A stretch of DNA of 64,000 nt. Origin: Thermodesulfobacteriota bacterium. Lineage in GTDB: Bacteria; Desulfobacterota_D; UBA1144; Nemesobacterales; UBA2774. Position 1 is the stretch's first letter. The number at the start of each line of letters is the position of its first letter. The notes under the pieces are model-generated. The model did not search any database. It was not told the DNA's origin and was given only the letters and a program-made list of their open reading frames with translations. This document shows positions 50,108-60,494 of this stretch, one piece after another. The position numbers and the translations under genes are program-made. Location: assembly GCA_965223335.1 (NCBI GenBank), contig OZ244991.1, forward strand, positions 1,024,001 to 1,088,000, given 5' to 3'.

Positions 50108-52417
50108 ATGGAAACAATTGTAGGTCCTGAACCGATTAAAGAAAAGCGAGCTTCCTCCTCACTTACGAGGAGGAAGCTCGCTGATTATATAGCCACTATC
50201 GTTGTTTCCACAGGCGGGGTTGCAGTGATACTCAGCATCATCGCGATCCTATTTTTTATCGGATGGGAGGTTCTGCCGCTTTGGCAGGGTGTAAAATCCG
50301 AGCTAGCCAGTTCATTTGTTCTTAAAGAAGACCCGGAGCTCTCCTCATATTCAATTGACACCCCTCAGAAAAGCGAATTTCCTTTCATAGTCGTAGGAAG
50401 CGAGGAGTATAGAGAGATAGGCTTTACTCTAAGCGATCACGGTAAGGTTAGATTTATGTCACTAGAGACCGGTGATACCGTGAAGGAATTCGAACTTACG
50501 GGTCTAGACGGGGCTAGAATTACTTCTGACTTCGTAGCAATCAATAACCAGCTATATGTTGCGGGTACCGATGTGGGATCTATCCTGCCTTTTAGAGTCA
50601 ACTATCAGATCAACTTCGATGCCCAGGGTAAAAGAGAAATAATCCCGAGTGTCACTGAAAAGGATCCTATTACAATAAGTGATTCCAAATTAAATATAGT
50701 GGCATATGAGATAAATGAAGAAGGTTCTAATACCGCCGCCGCTGCTTATACCTCAGCAGGCGAACTGCTGTTTATGGGCAGCGGAGAGACCGAGTCGTTC
50801 CTCGGAGATACTGAAACAGTCGAACACAAGCATGAACTTACATCTGTGATTCAGGGCAGTTCAGCAACCACCATCGAGATCGATAATATTCTCGAGAACC
50901 TGTATGTAGGGGCCGAGAACGGGAAGATTTACCATTGGGATATATCCAACATAGAAGAACCTGAGTTTATAGAGGCAATAGATGCTACTGACGGTAAAGG
51001 CAGTGCAGTGACAGCACTCGGGTTCTTACTCGGCGACAGGTCACTCATAGTGGGGGATAGTGATGGAAACGTGTCTGTGTGGTTCCAAGTAAATGACCCC
51101 ACATCACCACTTGGGTTCCGACTGCAGAAGGTACATAGTCTAGACCCCTTGGAGCTGCCGGTAACCAAGATCGTAGCCTCACCTCGTGACAGGGGTTTAA
51201 TAGCGTCGGATAAAGGGGGCAATATAAACCTCTACCATGCTACTTCGAATCAAACTTTACTGAGTCTCAAAGACAATGACTCCTCTATTATGGCACTTAA
51301 CTTCAGCCCCAAAGCAAACGGCATCATAGCCATAGACAACAATGCGAATCTCATAAATTGGCAGATCCACAACCCCCATCCCGAAACCACCTTTAAGACA
51401 CTGTTCGGCAAGGTTTGGTACGAGGGCTACAGTAAACCGGAATACGTTTGGCAGTCCACGGGGGGCACAGATGAATTCGAACCAAAACTAAGCTTGACCC
51501 CTTTGGCCTACGGTACATTTAAGGGTGCTATATACGCACTACTGATTGCATTACCGCTTTCAATATTCGGGGCTATATGTGTTTCACAGTTTATGCATCC
51601 TACGTTTAGGAATGTTATTAAACCTGTGATTGAGATAATGGCCGCACTACCAAGCGTTGTCCTTGGATTTTTCGCAGGATTGTGGCTGGCACCTCATATC
51701 GAAAAGATTATCCCTGCAGTATTTGCACTGCCTGTGGTACTCACGGTTATGACTTTGCTAAGTGTATTAATATGGCAAAAGATGCCCCGCTCAATAAAGG
51801 GCAGGTTTAAAACGGGGACAGAACTGTTCTTATTGGTACCGGTAATTATTTTAGCAGTGCTTATAAGCCTCGGTCTAAATACACCTTTGGATAACGCACT
51901 TTTCGGAGGGGATTACAAGAACTGGCTCTACACGGTTTTGGGTCTACAATATGATCAGCGCAACGCGTTGATTGTGGGTTTTGCCATGGGTTTTGCAGTT
52001 ATTCCTATAATTTTCACAATATCTGAAGACGCCTTATCCAGTGTGCCGAAGCACCTTACAGCGGGCTCGCTTGCACTGGGTGCTACCAAGTGGCAGACAG
52101 CCATAAAAGTAGTATTGCCCACGGCAAGTCCCGGTATTTTTTCAGCGGTAATGATCGGGTTTGGACGAGCGGTGGGCGAGACGATGATCGTGCTTATGGC
52201 TACGGGTAACACCCCGATTATGGACTGGAGCATTTTTAATGGTTTCAGAGCACTCTCGGCAAATATAGCGGTTGAGATACCCGAAGCTCCACACGGAGGG
52301 ACTCTTTACAGGGTGTTGTTTTTAGCGGGTCTTCTACTATTTTTATTTACATTTGTTATTAACACCGGGGCCGAAATAGTTAGACAGAGACTAAGAAAGA
52401 AGTATGGGCAGTTATAG
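50108..52417 (+). CDS. pstC: Phosphate ABC permease PstC with a large beta-propeller-like extracytoplasmic insertion
   Basis: PSVVLG, SLALGATKWQT, GRAVGETM; WD-like repeats in the insertion. Confidence 0.9.
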   Translation: METIVGPEPIKEKRASSSLTRRKLADYIATIVVSTGGVAVILSIIAILFFIGWEVLPLWQGVKSELASSFVLKEDPELSSYSIDTPQKSEFPFIVVGSEEYREIGFTLSDHGKVRFMSLETGDTVKEFELTGLDGARITSDFVAINNQLYVAGTDVGSILPFRVNYQINFDAQGKREIIPSVTEKDPITISDSKLNIVAYEINEEGSNTAAAAYTSAGELLFMGSGETESFLGDTETVEHKHELTSVIQGSSATTIEIDNILENLYVGAENGKIYHWDISNIEEPEFIEAIDATDGKGSAVTALGFLLGDRSLIVGDSDGNVSVWFQVNDPTSPLGFRLQKVHSLDPLELPVTKIVASPRDRGLIASDKGGNINLYHATSNQTLLSLKDNDSSIMALNFSPKANGIIAIDNNANLINWQIHNPHPETTFKTLFGKVWYEGYSKPEYVWQSTGGTDEFEPKLSLTPLAYGTFKGAIYALLIALPLSIFGAICVSQFMHPTFRNVIKPVIEIMAALPSVVLGFFAGLWLAPHIEKIIPAVFALPVVLTVMTLLSVLIWQKMPRSIKGRFKTGTELFLLVPVIILAVLISLGLNTPLDNALFGGDYKNWLYTVLGLQYDQRNALIVGFAMGFAVIPIIFTISEDALSSVPKHLTAGSLALGATKWQTAIKVVLPTASPGIFSAVMIGFGRAVGETMIVLMATGNTPIMDWSIFNGFRALSANIAVEIPEAPHGGTLYRVLFLAGLLLFLFTFVINTGAEIVRQRLRKKYGQL

Positions 52418-52434
52418 ATAGGTAATCACAGGTT

Positions 52435-54048
52435 ATGAATAAATTTTGGAAGAGCGGAGACCCGTTTGTTTGGCTCACAGGTGCAGCACTTATGCTGAGC
52501 CTCCTTATGATCACGGGCCTCATGTACCTGATCATGGCCAAGGGTTTAGGGTTCTTTTGGCCCTCCCCAATTGCCGAGATAGAGCTCACACAAGGCTCCC
52601 CGCTCATGGGTCAGCTCACCGGGCACGAAAAAATCCCGCCCAAGGCCAAGGGGGATAAGCCCGAGTACAGGACCCAGATTAAGATTGGAAACAGGGATCT
52701 ATACGGCCTTGATTTCAAATGGGTCGACGATAGCAAGATCAAAGAGACCACCTACCCCGAATATGCCGTTGTACTAGAGAGACGCGAGTGGGGCAACATG
52801 TACGGTTTTATAAAGGAAATAATAGAAGACGGCACTACCGTATCCACAGGGAACGAGCAGTCTTGGTCTGTTCTAACCACTCTAATACCCAAGGCTCACG
52901 AGACTACTGCAAAGATAAAGAAGATCGAGAAAAAAGAGATAGGGGCCATCAACAAGTCCATCGAAGATTTACGTCTCGAGATTAAGGGGATTGAGCGCGA
53001 GGGTGGTAGCAGCGCAAGGGTCAAGGAACTTGAGTCCAAGATTGCTGACCTCGAGGGGAGTTATAAGGTTAAGGAAAAAGAGTTAACTGTTTTATACCAG
53101 GATCTTAATAAAAACAAGGTTGTTATGCAGTCGGTAGACGGTAGGGAAAAAGAGCTTTCTCTGGGGACTATAGTTAGGGCTTACCGTCCCAACTCAATGA
53201 ACTGGTTTCAAAAAGCCGGTTTATATCTATCCAAGTTATGGGAGTTTATTGCAGACGACCCGCGTGAGGCAAATACTGAGGGTGGGGTGTTCCCAGCAAT
53301 TTTCGGTACTGTTCTGGCTGTATTAATAATGAGCATTGCAGTGCTGCCTTTCGGGGTACTGGCGGCTCTGTACCTAAGAGAGTATGCAAAGCAGGGCACA
53401 CTGGTCGGCCTTGTCAGGATCTGTGTGAACAACCTAGCGGGTGTTCCCTCAATCGTTTTCGGAGTGTTCGCAGTAGGGTTTTTTATTTACGGCCTGGGTG
53501 GCACCATAGACAGTCTGTTCTATAAGGATGCCCTGCCAACCCCTACATTCGGTACAGGTGGGATACTGTGGGCATCTCTTACATTGGCTCTGCTTACGGT
53601 GCCTGTAGTGATAGTTGCTACTGAGGAGGGGCTGGCTGCTGTGCCCAAGGAGATAAGGGAAGGCTCTTTGGCGCTAGGGGCCACAAAGTTCGAGACTACA
53701 TGGAAAATCGTGCTCCCAAGCGCACTGCCTGCGATTCTGACCGGGTTAATACTGGCAATTGCGAGGGCAACGGGTGAGGTAGCTCCGCTTATGATTACGG
53801 GTGTAGTAAAGCTTGCACCCGAGCTTCCGATCGACAGCTACTTCCCGTTTATACACCTAGAGAGAAAATTCATGCACCTCGGGTTCCATATATATGATGT
53901 GGGATTTCAGTCCCCAAATGTAGAAGCGGCAAAACCGATGGTTTTTACTACTGCACTATTATTAATCGTCATAGTTGTTGCTCTTAACCTGACTGCAATA
54001 GTAATTAGGAACAAATTAAAGAAGAAGTACACAACCACAGCGGTATAA
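52435..54048 (+). CDS. pstA: Phosphate ABC permease PstA (long form with coiled coil)
   Basis: GGVFPAIFGT, NLAGVPSIVFG, ARATGEVAP. Confidence 0.93.
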   Translation: MNKFWKSGDPFVWLTGAALMLSLLMITGLMYLIMAKGLGFFWPSPIAEIELTQGSPLMGQLTGHEKIPPKAKGDKPEYRTQIKIGNRDLYGLDFKWVDDSKIKETTYPEYAVVLERREWGNMYGFIKEIIEDGTTVSTGNEQSWSVLTTLIPKAHETTAKIKKIEKKEIGAINKSIEDLRLEIKGIEREGGSSARVKELESKIADLEGSYKVKEKELTVLYQDLNKNKVVMQSVDGREKELSLGTIVRAYRPNSMNWFQKAGLYLSKLWEFIADDPREANTEGGVFPAIFGTVLAVLIMSIAVLPFGVLAALYLREYAKQGTLVGLVRICVNNLAGVPSIVFGVFAVGFFIYGLGGTIDSLFYKDALPTPTFGTGGILWASLTLALLTVPVVIVATEEGLAAVPKEIREGSLALGATKFETTWKIVLPSALPAILTGLILAIARATGEVAPLMITGVVKLAPELPIDSYFPFIHLERKFMHLGFHIYDVGFQSPNVEAAKPMVFTTALLLIVIVVALNLTAIVIRNKLKKKYTTTAV

Positions 54049-54079
54049 TTGATTAATAATTTAGGAGGCTTCAGCACCG

Positions 54080-54943
54080 GTGGCTATTGAAAATGTTAGT
54101 GAAAAAGCAGAGAATATAGTTATGGAACAAGTAAATGTAGCTCGGGAACACGACACCGAAACCACTACCAATGTAAGGACACAAGTCCACGACCCTGTTG
54201 TTGTGGTTAATAACCTGAATCTCTTCTACGGAACCAAACAGGCGTTGATAGATATCAATATCGATATACCCAAGAATAAGGCCACAGCGTTCATAGGCCC
54301 ATCGGGTTGCGGCAAATCTACACTTTTACGCTGCTTTAACAGGCTAAACGATCTTGTGGATATAGCACGGGTCTCGGGTGAAATAATTATTGACGGCACT
54401 GATATTCATGACCCCAGTGTGGATATCACGGAGTTACGAAAAAATGTGGGTATGGTGTTTCAAAAATCCAACCCCTTTCCGAAATCTATATACGAGAATG
54501 TGGCTTATGGTGCTAGGATTGCTGGTATTAACGGTAAAGAGGAGCTTGACGAGATTGTAGAGACAAGCCTAAAAGGTGCGGCACTTTGGGATGAGGTAAA
54601 GGACAGACTTAACGATAGTGCATTGGGAATGTCTGGCGGGCAAATGCAGAGGCTTTGCATAGCACGGGCAATAGCTGTGGAGCCCGAGGTTTTACTTATG
54701 GACGAGCCTTGCTCGGCACTCGACCCTATAGCCACGGGGAAGATCGAGGACCTGATCAATGAGCTTAAGGATAACTACACAATTGTGATCGTAACTCACA
54801 ATATGCAGCAGGCAGCTCGAGTATCCGATTATACAGCGTTTATGTACCTTGGGGAGATCATAGAGTACAACGATACAGAAAAAATATTTCTTAATCCCGA
54901 CAACAAACAGACAGAGGACTACGTATCGGGGAAATTCGGTTGA
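54080..54943 (+). CDS. pstB: Phosphate ABC transporter ATPase
   Basis: [33 protein letters not shown]. Confidence 0.97.
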   Translation: MAIENVSEKAENIVMEQVNVAREHDTETTTNVRTQVHDPVVVVNNLNLFYGTKQALIDINIDIPKNKATAFIGPSGCGKSTLLRCFNRLNDLVDIARVSGEIIIDGTDIHDPSVDITELRKNVGMVFQKSNPFPKSIYENVAYGARIAGINGKEELDEIVETSLKGAALWDEVKDRLNDSALGMSGGQMQRLCIARAIAVEPEVLLMDEPCSALDPIATGKIEDLINELKDNYTIVIVTHNMQQAARVSDYTAFMYLGEIIEYNDTEKIFLNPDNKQTEDYVSGKFG

Positions 54944-54973
54944 TAGATTGAACATGATTTAATTAATTGAAAC

Positions 54974-55435
54974 ATGTTCAAAACGAATGAAAAAATGAAG
55001 AAAAAAGTGATTTTTATTTGCACTCATAACTCAGCCCGCTCGCAGATGGCTGAGGGTCTTTTGCGCGATATGTATGGCGACACCTACCAGGTGTATAGTG
55101 CTGGGACCGCACCCTCACGTGTGAACCCCTATGCAATAAAGGTAATGGATGAGATTGGCATAGATATCTCCAATCACACCTCTAAAAACGTGGATGACCT
55201 AAGCGGGATAGAGTTCGATATTGTGGTAACAGTATGTGATCACGCCAAAGAGAACTGCCCGGTCTTTCATGGAGGCGACATTCGTCTACACCATAATTTC
55301 AGAGATCCCTCTAAATTCAGGGGTAAAGACGAGGAGATCCTGGCAGGGTTTAGGGGTATACGGGACGAGATTAGGGATTGGATTGCTTTAGAGTTCACGA
55401 GCAATAACGTTAGCAAGAGTGGGCAGTCGGTGTGA
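54974..55435 (+). CDS. arsC: Thioredoxin-coupled arsenate reductase (LMW-PTP fold)
   Basis: CTHNSARSQMAEG P-loop plus the VCDHAKENCP resolving cysteines. Confidence 0.85.
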   Translation: MFKTNEKMKKKVIFICTHNSARSQMAEGLLRDMYGDTYQVYSAGTAPSRVNPYAIKVMDEIGIDISNHTSKNVDDLSGIEFDIVVTVCDHAKENCPVFHGGDIRLHHNFRDPSKFRGKDEEILAGFRGIRDEIRDWIALEFTSNNVSKSGQSV

Positions 55436-55464
55436 ACTCGTTGTTATAACGCGGAGGTAACGGT

Positions 55465-56127
55465 ATGGCAAGGTTAGACGAGGAAATTAACAAGCTTAAA
55501 AAAATGGTATTCGAGATGTCCACATTTGTGGAGGATATGATTGCCAAGAGTGTGAAATCACTCAAAGAGCGCAACATGATTATGGCCGAAGAGGTCATAA
55601 AGAGCGATGAAAAAGTAAATGAGATTGAGATCGATATCGAGAACCAGTGTATAAGGATATTGGCACTGTATCACCCTGAGGCGGCGGATCTAAGAACAGT
55701 TGCAATGATAATGAAGATAAATAACGATCTGGAGAGGATCGGGGATCATGCGGTTAATATTGCCGAGAAATCAATCTACCTGGCCGATAAACCACCTGTA
55801 AAACCGCTTATAGATATTCCTAAAATGGCAGATAAGGCCATAGAGATGTTAAGGGAGAGTCTCGATTCTTTTGTAAACAAAGATGCCGATTTAGCAATTG
55901 ATGTTTGCAAGAAAGACGATGAAGTAGATCTGTTAGAACCTCAAATAGTGAGGGAACTTGTTACATATATGATTGCCGATCCGAAAATAATTGATAGAGC
56001 GCTTAGTTTAATAATGGTTGCCAGGAACCTAGAGAGGGTTGCCGATCTGGCTACGAATATTGCCGAAGACACCTATTATGTTGCAAGCGGAAAAATATTG
56101 AAGCACCATGCATCGAAGGGAAGCTAA
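55465..56127 (+). CDS. phoU: Phosphate signalling protein PhoU
   Basis: P.A.DLR, DLERIGDHA.NIA, LERVADLATNIAE. Confidence 0.95.
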   Translation: MARLDEEINKLKKMVFEMSTFVEDMIAKSVKSLKERNMIMAEEVIKSDEKVNEIEIDIENQCIRILALYHPEAADLRTVAMIMKINNDLERIGDHAVNIAEKSIYLADKPPVKPLIDIPKMADKAIEMLRESLDSFVNKDADLAIDVCKKDDEVDLLEPQIVRELVTYMIADPKIIDRALSLIMVARNLERVADLATNIAEDTYYVASGKILKHHASKGS

Positions 56128-56327
56128 TCTCTAGCAATAAAGTTTTAAAGACATGCCCGATTGTAGTAAATCCACCTTTATTGCCCACCGGCACTTAACA
56201 AATCCCAGAGAATAAAGAAGTAGATAATCTCTGACATAAGCCTGTAGACACAGTTATAAATGGCGGTTGCTTGAAATGAGACGGCATACTGATAGACTTA
56301 ATTGATTAAAGTCACTTATTGATAACC

Positions 56328-57179
56328 ATGTATTTAAAAGACCTATACAACGAAAGCAGACACTATCTTCACAGCCGCTCTATACATAGTTCGGACCTAG
56401 AGGCCTGGTTGCTCTTATCACATGCAGAGATAATAGAGTCCAGAGAAGAATTATACAGATCACCTAATAAGATAATAAATGAAGATGAGATCATTATGCT
56501 AAAGGAACTCATACAAAGACGAGTAAATCATGAGCCGATGGCTTATATCCTCGGGGAAAAGGAGTTCTACTCCCGCGCGTTTCATGTGAATAGGGATGTG
56601 CTGATTCCGAGGCCCGAGACCGAACTGCTTGTGGACAGGGCATTGTGGGTGACAAAAGATTTCCAGTGCCCGAGTGTCGTGGATGTTGGGACCGGAAGCG
56701 GGTGTGTAGCGGTCACGATTGCTTTGGAGAATCCCACTAGTACTGTAATCGCGACAGATATCTCTGAGCCCGCAATAAATGTAGCTAAAGAAAACGCATG
56801 TCTGCACGGTGTAGAAAATAGAATGCTGTTTGTGCTCGGGGATGTAATGGCACAGTTTACAGATAACACATTTGATATTGTGGTTTCCAATCCCCCCTAC
56901 GTAAGCGAAGAGGAGTACAAGGGGCTTGAGCCCGATCTGAGGGATTATGAGCCCAAATCAGCACTCGTAGCCGGGGAAACGGGGCTTGAGTGCATAGAAC
57001 AAGTCATATCTGTTGCAGGTTCAAAGTTAAGATCCGGGGGCTTTTGTTTGCTAGAGATAGGTGAGAGCCAGGCAGACTCCACAAGAAGTCTCATGAGCCG
57101 AGCAGGGTATAGTGATATATACGTTTTAAAAGACTATTCGGGTAATGATAGAGTGGTAATAGGCAGATGGACAAAATAG
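56328..57179 (+). CDS. prmC: Release factor glutamine methyltransferase
   Basis: LIPRPETE, DVGTGSG, SNPPY. Confidence 0.94.
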   Translation: MYLKDLYNESRHYLHSRSIHSSDLEAWLLLSHAEIIESREELYRSPNKIINEDEIIMLKELIQRRVNHEPMAYILGEKEFYSRAFHVNRDVLIPRPETELLVDRALWVTKDFQCPSVVDVGTGSGCVAVTIALENPTSTVIATDISEPAINVAKENACLHGVENRMLFVLGDVMAQFTDNTFDIVVSNPPYVSEEEYKGLEPDLRDYEPKSALVAGETGLECIEQVISVAGSKLRSGGFCLLEIGESQADSTRSLMSRAGYSDIYVLKDYSGNDRVVIGRWTK

Positions 57180-58423
57180 TAATAGAAGGCGGGAACCGGT
57201 TAGAGGGCAGTGTTACGATTAGCGGTGCTAAAAACGCGGTACTGCCCCTTATGGCTGCAACCATTTTAACCGAGGGTGTTAGCACCTTTACCAATGTACC
57301 TGATCTAGCCGATGTAAGGACTATGATCAAGCTTCTTGAGGTGGTTGGTGCTGTAGTGGAGTACCAAGACGGTAGCCTTTCAATAGATTCGAGCGGGATC
57401 AATAACTGGGAGGCACCCTATGACCTTGTAAAAACAATGAGGGCGTCGGTACTTGTGTTGGGTCCGCTTACGTCTAGGTTTGGTAGGGCACGAGTCTCTT
57501 TGCCCGGAGGCTGTGCAATTGGGGAACGTCCTATAGACCAGCACCTAAAGGGGTTAGGTCTGCTTGGGGCCGATATTGCCATTGAGGAGGGCTACGTTGA
57601 GACCTCTGCAAAGAGATTAACAGGCGGGGTAATACCGTTTGATGTATCTACTGTGACTGGGACCGAGAATATTATTCTCTCGTCCGTTTTGTGCAGCGGC
57701 GAGACAGTGCTCCTAAACGCAGCATGCGAGCCCGAGGTCACTGAGCTTGCCAATGCTCTTAACTTGATGGGTGCGGATATAAAAGGTGTGGGTACAGACA
57801 TAATAACAATAAAAGGTGTAGATAAGCTTAACCCGGTCGTTGATTACGAGGTGATGCCCGATAGGATCGAGGCCGGGACTATCATGGTGGCAGCCTCTGT
57901 TACAGGCGGGGATATATTGATGGAGAACTGCCGATTCGAGAATATGGGAGCGCTGATCGGGAAATTAATGGAGTCGGGTACAGAGATAAGTAGAGAGAAT
58001 GGAGGAATCCGTGTAAAAGGCTCCGATGAGGTAAAGAGTGTCGATTTCACAACACTCCCGTACCCAGGTTTCCCTACAGACATGCAGGCACAGATGATGA
58101 CGCTCATGAGTATAGCAAAGGGGCTAAGTATAATAACAGAGACAATATTCCCCCAGAGATTTATGCATGCCGGAGAGCTGCGTCGGATGGGGGCGGATAT
58201 AAGACTTGTAGGCAATAATGCGGTGGTAAGGGGTGTAGACTATGTGAGCGGTGCACCCATAATGGCCAGTGATCTGCGTGCGAGTGCGTCGCTTGTGCTG
58301 GCGGGGCTTGCCGCCAAAGGCCGCACCGATATTTCACGTGTGTATCACCTCGACAGGGGATATGAGAGACTCGATAAAAAACTTGAATCTTTAGGTGCTA
58401 GGATTTGGAGGGAAAAAGAGTGA
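57167..58423 (+). CDS. murA: UDP-N-acetylglucosamine 1-carboxyvinyltransferase
   Basis: SGAKNA, PGGCAIG.RP, PGFPTDMQ, DLRA, DRGYE. Confidence 0.97.
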   Translation: MDKIVIEGGNRLEGSVTISGAKNAVLPLMAATILTEGVSTFTNVPDLADVRTMIKLLEVVGAVVEYQDGSLSIDSSGINNWEAPYDLVKTMRASVLVLGPLTSRFGRARVSLPGGCAIGERPIDQHLKGLGLLGADIAIEEGYVETSAKRLTGGVIPFDVSTVTGTENIILSSVLCSGETVLLNAACEPEVTELANALNLMGADIKGVGTDIITIKGVDKLNPVVDYEVMPDRIEAGTIMVAASVTGGDILMENCRFENMGALIGKLMESGTEISRENGGIRVKGSDEVKSVDFTTLPYPGFPTDMQAQMMTLMSIAKGLSIITETIFPQRFMHAGELRRMGADIRLVGNNAVVRGVDYVSGAPIMASDLRASASLVLAGLAAKGRTDISRVYHLDRGYERLDKKLESLGARIWREKE

Positions 58424-59046
58424 TAACACTTGCGATTGCACGAGGACGTTTGTTAACAGAGGCTTCAGTATTACTTGAAAAATCCGGCTATCCCGTGGAC
58501 GACATAGCACGGGATTCCCGTAAATTGATCTTTGAGTACCCCGAGCACGGGCTAAAGATTCTGATAATTCGGCCTACGGATATTCCGTCATATGTCGAGC
58601 ATGGTGCAGCCGATTGCGGCATTGTGGGCAAAGACACATTGATGGAAGAGGCCCACGATCTATACGAGCCGCTCGATCTGGGTTTGGGCAGGTGCAGATT
58701 GGTTGTTGCGGCCCCAAAGGGCTTTGATTCCACCACCAAGCGGATGCTTAGGGTAGCTACGAAATACCCGTCGATTGCCCACGAGTATTATGCTCAAAAG
58801 GGCATAGGGGCCGAGATTGTAAAACTGTATGGGTCTGTCGAACTAGCTCCGATAGTGGGTCTTTCAGACGTTATTGTAGACCTGACTGCCTCGGGCGAAA
58901 CTCTTCGCAAAAACAAATTGGTAGAGGTCGAAACAATAGCCGACATCACGGCACGATTGGTAGTAAACCGCGTTAGCATGAAAGTAAAATCTGAAGAGAT
59001 CAAAGGACTTATCAACAAGCTTAAGAGGGTTAGAAAAGCTGCTTAA
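58420..59046 (+). CDS. hisG: ATP phosphoribosyltransferase, short form
   Basis: GIVGKD.L.E, ATKYP, GSVELAP, SGETLR.N; no C-terminal regulatory domain. Confidence 0.93.
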   Translation: MITLAIARGRLLTEASVLLEKSGYPVDDIARDSRKLIFEYPEHGLKILIIRPTDIPSYVEHGAADCGIVGKDTLMEEAHDLYEPLDLGLGRCRLVVAAPKGFDSTTKRMLRVATKYPSIAHEYYAQKGIGAEIVKLYGSVELAPIVGLSDVIVDLTASGETLRKNKLVEVETIADITARLVVNRVSMKVKSEEIKGLINKLKRVRKAA

Positions 59047-59139
59047 AAGCAATATCTTCGGATGGTAATATAATTTGAGTCTAATGAATTATTTACGCAT
59101 CAAAAAGAGATAGCAGTTTATAACATTGGGGGTGATAGG

Positions 59140-60459
59140 ATGACCGCACAACATAAGGCCAAAGCACCTACGGATTTACCCGGCGAAAGGTTCAGTAGGG
59201 AAAGTATTTTGGAGAGTTATAGGGCCACCAGGCAGTTTTCCGAGGAGCTTGCCGACCCTCTGGAAATTGAGGATTACGTTATCCAGTCTATGCCCGATGT
59301 GAGCCCTACCAAATGGCATTTGGCACACACAAGCTGGTTCTTCGAAGAGTTTGTGCTCACGGAATCCGACCCTACGTACAAGCACCTAAACCCCAAGTAC
59401 AGCTATCTTTTTAACTCATACTATGTTCTGGCAGGTGACCGGTACTACCGCCCAAATAGAGGGCTTATATCCCGGCCCACCGTAGAACAAACCTATGCGT
59501 ACCGCAATCATATTGATGAGGCAATGCTCGATTTTATCCATAACACCGACGATTCTAAGTGGGACGATATCTCATCGGTCATAGAGATTGGGATACACCA
59601 CGAGCAGCAGCATCAGGAGCTCTTGCTCACCGATATAAAGCATGTGCTTTCCCATAACCCGCTTAACCCCGAATATATTACACCTGCCACGCACACCGAC
59701 TCAAAAAATGGCGGTGATACAAAAGCCGAGTGGATTAAATACCCCGAGGGGATATATCTCATTGGCAACGACGGGGACGAGTTCGGTTACGATAACGAGT
59801 TCCCACGCCACAAAACCTATGTTGGGGAATTCGAGATTGCAACGAGGCTAGTCACAAACAGAGAGTACTTAGAGTTTATAGAGGACGGGGGTTATGGAGC
59901 ACAGGTGCTCTGGTTATCGGACGCTTGGCCAACCTTAACATCCAACGGGTGGGATTCTCCGCTCTATTGGGAGCAGAGAGACGGTGAGTGGTACCAGTTC
60001 ACACTCGTGGGATTACAAAAACTCGCGATGGACGAGCCGGTTTGTCATGTGAGCTACTACGAGGCAGACGCATATGCTAGGTGGGCTGGTGCTAGGCTTC
60101 CTACCGAATCAGAGTGGGAAGTTTCTGCAGAAAATGCCGATATTGAGGGCAACTTTGTGGATGATGGCAGGTTCCATCCCGTAGAGGTCCAAAACGATGG
60201 TGATCCGGCAATCCCCAATCAACTTTATGGAGATGTGTGGGAGTGGACCCAAAGCCCCTACACTGCGTACCCCGGGTACAAAACCCTCCCTGGGGCATTG
60301 GGTGAGTACAACGGCAAGTTCATGTGTAACCAGTTTGTGCTCCGCGGTGGCTCTTGTGCTACCTCAAGATCACATATCAGAAAGACATACCGCAACTTTT
60401 TCCCCGCAGATGCAAGGTGGCAGTTTATGGGTATACGTCTTGCGCGCGATACTGACTAG
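59140..60459 (+). CDS. egtB: Ergothioneine biosynthesis sulfoxide synthase EgtB
   Basis: SPTKWHLAHTSWFFE, HHEQQHQELL, FGE-sulfatase domain, YNGKFM, RGGSCAT. Confidence 0.92.
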   Translation: MTAQHKAKAPTDLPGERFSRESILESYRATRQFSEELADPLEIEDYVIQSMPDVSPTKWHLAHTSWFFEEFVLTESDPTYKHLNPKYSYLFNSYYVLAGDRYYRPNRGLISRPTVEQTYAYRNHIDEAMLDFIHNTDDSKWDDISSVIEIGIHHEQQHQELLLTDIKHVLSHNPLNPEYITPATHTDSKNGGDTKAEWIKYPEGIYLIGNDGDEFGYDNEFPRHKTYVGEFEIATRLVTNREYLEFIEDGGYGAQVLWLSDAWPTLTSNGWDSPLYWEQRDGEWYQFTLVGLQKLAMDEPVCHVSYYEADAYARWAGARLPTESEWEVSAENADIEGNFVDDGRFHPVEVQNDGDPAIPNQLYGDVWEWTQSPYTAYPGYKTLPGALGEYNGKFMCNQFVLRGGSCATSRSHIRKTYRNFFPADARWQFMGIRLARDTD

Positions 60460-60494
60460 AACACAACTTACCCAACAATTAAATTACTACTCTT

